Of a stretch of DNA of 64,000 bases, positions 62,046 through 64,000 are shown in pieces. The position numbers and the translations under genes are program-made. Each line of letters begins with the position of its first letter. The stretch's first letter is position 1. Under the pieces are notes generated by a model. It was not told the origin of the DNA, made no database searches, and saw only the letters and a list, made by a program, of their open reading frames with translations. Origin of the DNA: Marsupella aquatica (Eukaryota; Plantae; Marchantiophyta); the NCBI GenBank assembly GCA_973895155.1, contig OZ316891.1, forward strand, positions 16,185,137-16,249,136. Direction: 5' to 3'.

Positions 62046-64000
62046 TGTGATGCCTAGCCAGGAATCACTAGGCCAGTTAGGTGGGGAAAACGGAGGTGTA
62101 CCCTATAAACACATTAGTATAGTAACAAAAACAAGGAAAATATAAACAATTAAGAGTGACTATGGAACCCGGGCCGAGGCCGGAGGTAAGGACGCCTGGA
62201 GAATACCAAAGCCATAGCCAAGGATGTGAAACGAGGAAAAGCGTTGTTTGCTTCGGAGGATCCAATGGCTGTGGAAACCAACGTGGAAAAACAGGCCGAA
62301 GCCAAGATGAAGACACCGCCAGAAGAGAAGCCGATAGTTCCCTGTGACCTGGCTAAAGATGTGCTAGAATCTAGAGTCTCGGCAACCATAGGTCAACTAT
62401 TGAAAAATAGCCCATACTTCCGGAAGCAGTTAAGGAAGGCGATTCTCGGCAAGCCGAGATTACCCAAGGTAGCAACCAAATCCGATGTGCTGATGATAGA
62501 AGAAGATCAAGGAGCCCCAGCATTACCATTAATGATTCAAGGAGAAATATTATTGCAAGTACCCATTGATGGAGGATCAGGGGTATGTATTATGATCGAT
62601 TCAACAGCAAAAGGATGGGGTCTAACGCTGGAGATGACTGGAAGAGTGTTAAACATGGCCAATGGATATCAAGTCATTCCCACGGGAGTGTTAACCGACA
62701 TCAAAACGGAGATAGGAGGTATCTTCTTTAGCATTAACTATGTAGTAATGAAACCGGTAAACCCTACGTCGTTCCGGCTATTAATTGGCAGGCCATGGCT
62801 GTACCTAGCCAAGGTAATAGAGGATTGGGGTAAGAAGGAGTTCACCTTTGGGACCCCATCTATCACGGTATCCTGGGACACCAAGGATGACCGCAGGAAA
62901 AGCATCAGGGAGATAGATGGGTACAACAGTGGACTAGAATCCGCCAATGAGGTACGTTGGCTAGAATGCCTCACTGACCTAACCAAAGAAAGTGTCTTTG
63001 GACCAGAGGTACCCCCCAGTGGATTATGGCAAGAACCTATGGAAGGTGACTTGGAGGAAGGTGAAGAAGAGGTCGAGGACTGCTTTACCATAGAATCCAC
63101 CTTTTTAGCTTCAATCTCGGAGGAAGCACCAAAGGTGGACCAGTTGGGTAAAACGGTTAAGTGGGGAGCTACAGCAAGGACCGTGGATTTTCCTCAGGCG
63201 TTGTGGCAGAGCCGACAGGATCCACAACGCCGTCTATCCCCGACAACAAATTAAATGCAAGGGGATCGTCTTACAAGCCGATCTCAAGGGCAGAGCAAAT
63301 TGAGGCCCTACTAGAAGCCAGAAGAGCACGATGGCCTGACCCTCAGGAAGCAGGAATAGATGACATGCACGGGAAGAATCCAAAACCGAGTCAGGAAGGG
63401 AAGCCGACAACTAAATCAAAACCGAGCAGAATGGCAAGGGAACAGTCTATTGAGAACCAGGGACAAATTAAGTCAACCAACTCGGCTAGTACTACCAAGA
63501 TTCCAGTCTATGGAGGTATGAGACTGGAAAGGCTGGAAGCTGAGGTGGACCCAAATTTGAAGAAGCAGATTAATATGATCCAAGCACGGCAATACCGAAA
63601 GCTCAACTTAGGAGAAGGAAGGGAATTGAACTTAGGGAGGGACCTAACACCTGAGCTTGAGAAGGAGATCAGTGAATTACTAATTGAATTTCAGGATGTG
63701 TTCGCATGGAGTCACCAAGATCTGAAGGGAGTAGACCCAAAACTAGGAGAATACCGAATCGATCTCATGTTAGGGGCCAAATCATTTCGACAACCGATTT
63801 GACGGATGAACCCTAAGTATTCCCTGATGGTAAAAACTGAAATCGACAAGCTAGTAGAAGCCGGATTCATCACTCTAGTCCTACACTCAGACTGGGTGTC
63901 TCCAATTGTGATAGTTCCCAAGAAAGCTGGACCCGATGGTAAACCAAAGATCCGGGTTTGTCAGGATTATAGGAAGTTGAATGAGGCTACGTTAAAAGAC
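62046..64000 (+). mobile_element. Family A Tat-like gypsy element: first ~145 bp of LTR fused by deletion to protease/RT (runs off window)
   Basis: TGTGATGCCTAG...GGAGGTAAGG matches 24616-24760 and is followed directly by pol sequence. Confidence 0.8.
62226..64000 (+). pseudogene. Gypsy aspartic protease and N-terminal reverse transcriptase
   Basis: IDGGSG...LLIGRPWL protease; EFQDVFAWSHQDLKGVDP, WVSPIVIVPKK and RVCQDYRKLN RT motifs; a frameshift near 63200 and a TGA at 63800. Confidence 0.9.

Overview
Repeat-saturated eukaryotic DNA with spliceosomal GT-AG introns. The mix of Tat/Athila-type Ty3/gypsy, CACTA and Mutator elements points to a land plant, plausibly a non-seed plant (inference). 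No clear host gene is present. The window is a stack of nested transposons, most delimited by target-site duplications (TSDs) I could read directly. The main discovery is a Mutator-like (MULE) family present as a near-complete copy (46445-57026), a transposase-deleted divergent copy (11281-18683) and an orphan end (37689-37990). Divergently from the transposase it carries a spliced ~1,200-aa gene fusing a ParB/Srx-like domain (FDGNHR) to a beta-class N4/N6 DNA-methyltransferase-like fold with a degenerate catalytic motif. Its non-coding DNA, including introns, holds about 30 copies of a 15-bp palindrome, TAGCGCCNGGCGCTA, which I did not see elsewhere in the window. This looks like a parS/ParB-like self-targeting (possibly anti-silencing or self-marking) system on a plant DNA transposon. 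A second theme is three gypsy families with giant 3.3-4.6 kb LTRs that themselves encode long proteins; their shared accessory domain recurs in five element families here. All domain calls are by-eye motif recognition, not database searches.
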